Below are positions 63,816 to 64,000 of a DNA stretch of 64,000 nucleotides, in pieces. The position numbers and the translations under genes are program-made. The notes under the pieces are model-generated. The model had not been told where the DNA came from. It worked only from the letters and a program-made list of their open reading frames with translations, and did no database searches. Numbering within the stretch: the stretch's first letter is position 1; each line of letters opens with the position of its first letter. Source of the DNA: Eledone cirrhosa (taxonomy: Eukaryota); contig OZ024741.1 in assembly GCA_964016885.1 (NCBI GenBank), forward strand, positions 26,350,001 to 26,414,000, written 5' to 3'.

Positions 63816-63879
<64 letters not shown>

Positions 63880-64000
63880 AATATAATAAATATAAGAAGA
63901 ATATTCCCACCCCCCCTAAAATCTCGTATGAGAAATCATTGATAACTAGCATAAACTCATTCGTAAAACGTGTTCGGTGGCGTGCGTTCCACTTTGATAG

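Overview
Repeat-rich, intron-rich animal genomic DNA. The SINE/RTE repertoire looks octopus/cephalopod-like, which is an inference. Two real protein-coding genes were rebuilt by hand from splice sites; the ORF track captures them only in fragments. (1) A complete 5-exon TMEM9-family gene on + (CDS exons 12794-12856, 29161-29270, 29476-29575, 31321-31443/31452, 55153-55365; about 202-205 aa). More than half of its 42.6-kb span is large, unrelated minisatellite arrays. (2) The last four coding exons of VPS41 (HOPS subunit, RING-H2 C-terminus) on -, converging on TMEM9. All the very long ORFs in the track are tandem-repeat artefacts. The rest is truncated RTE and CR1 LINEs, tRNA-derived SINEs, MITEs and microsatellites. 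The most notable non-obvious signal is an ~820-bp element (8313-9130) inserted in a (TA)n tract. It carries a type I hammerhead-ribozyme motif plus an inverted copy mutated in the catalytic core, which fits a Penelope-like/retrozyme-type element. Other observations are a template-switch inversion inside an intronic 42-bp array, intronic arrays made of 5' splice-site-like motifs, a PHD-like finger in the RTE ORFs, and a chimeric SINE tail.
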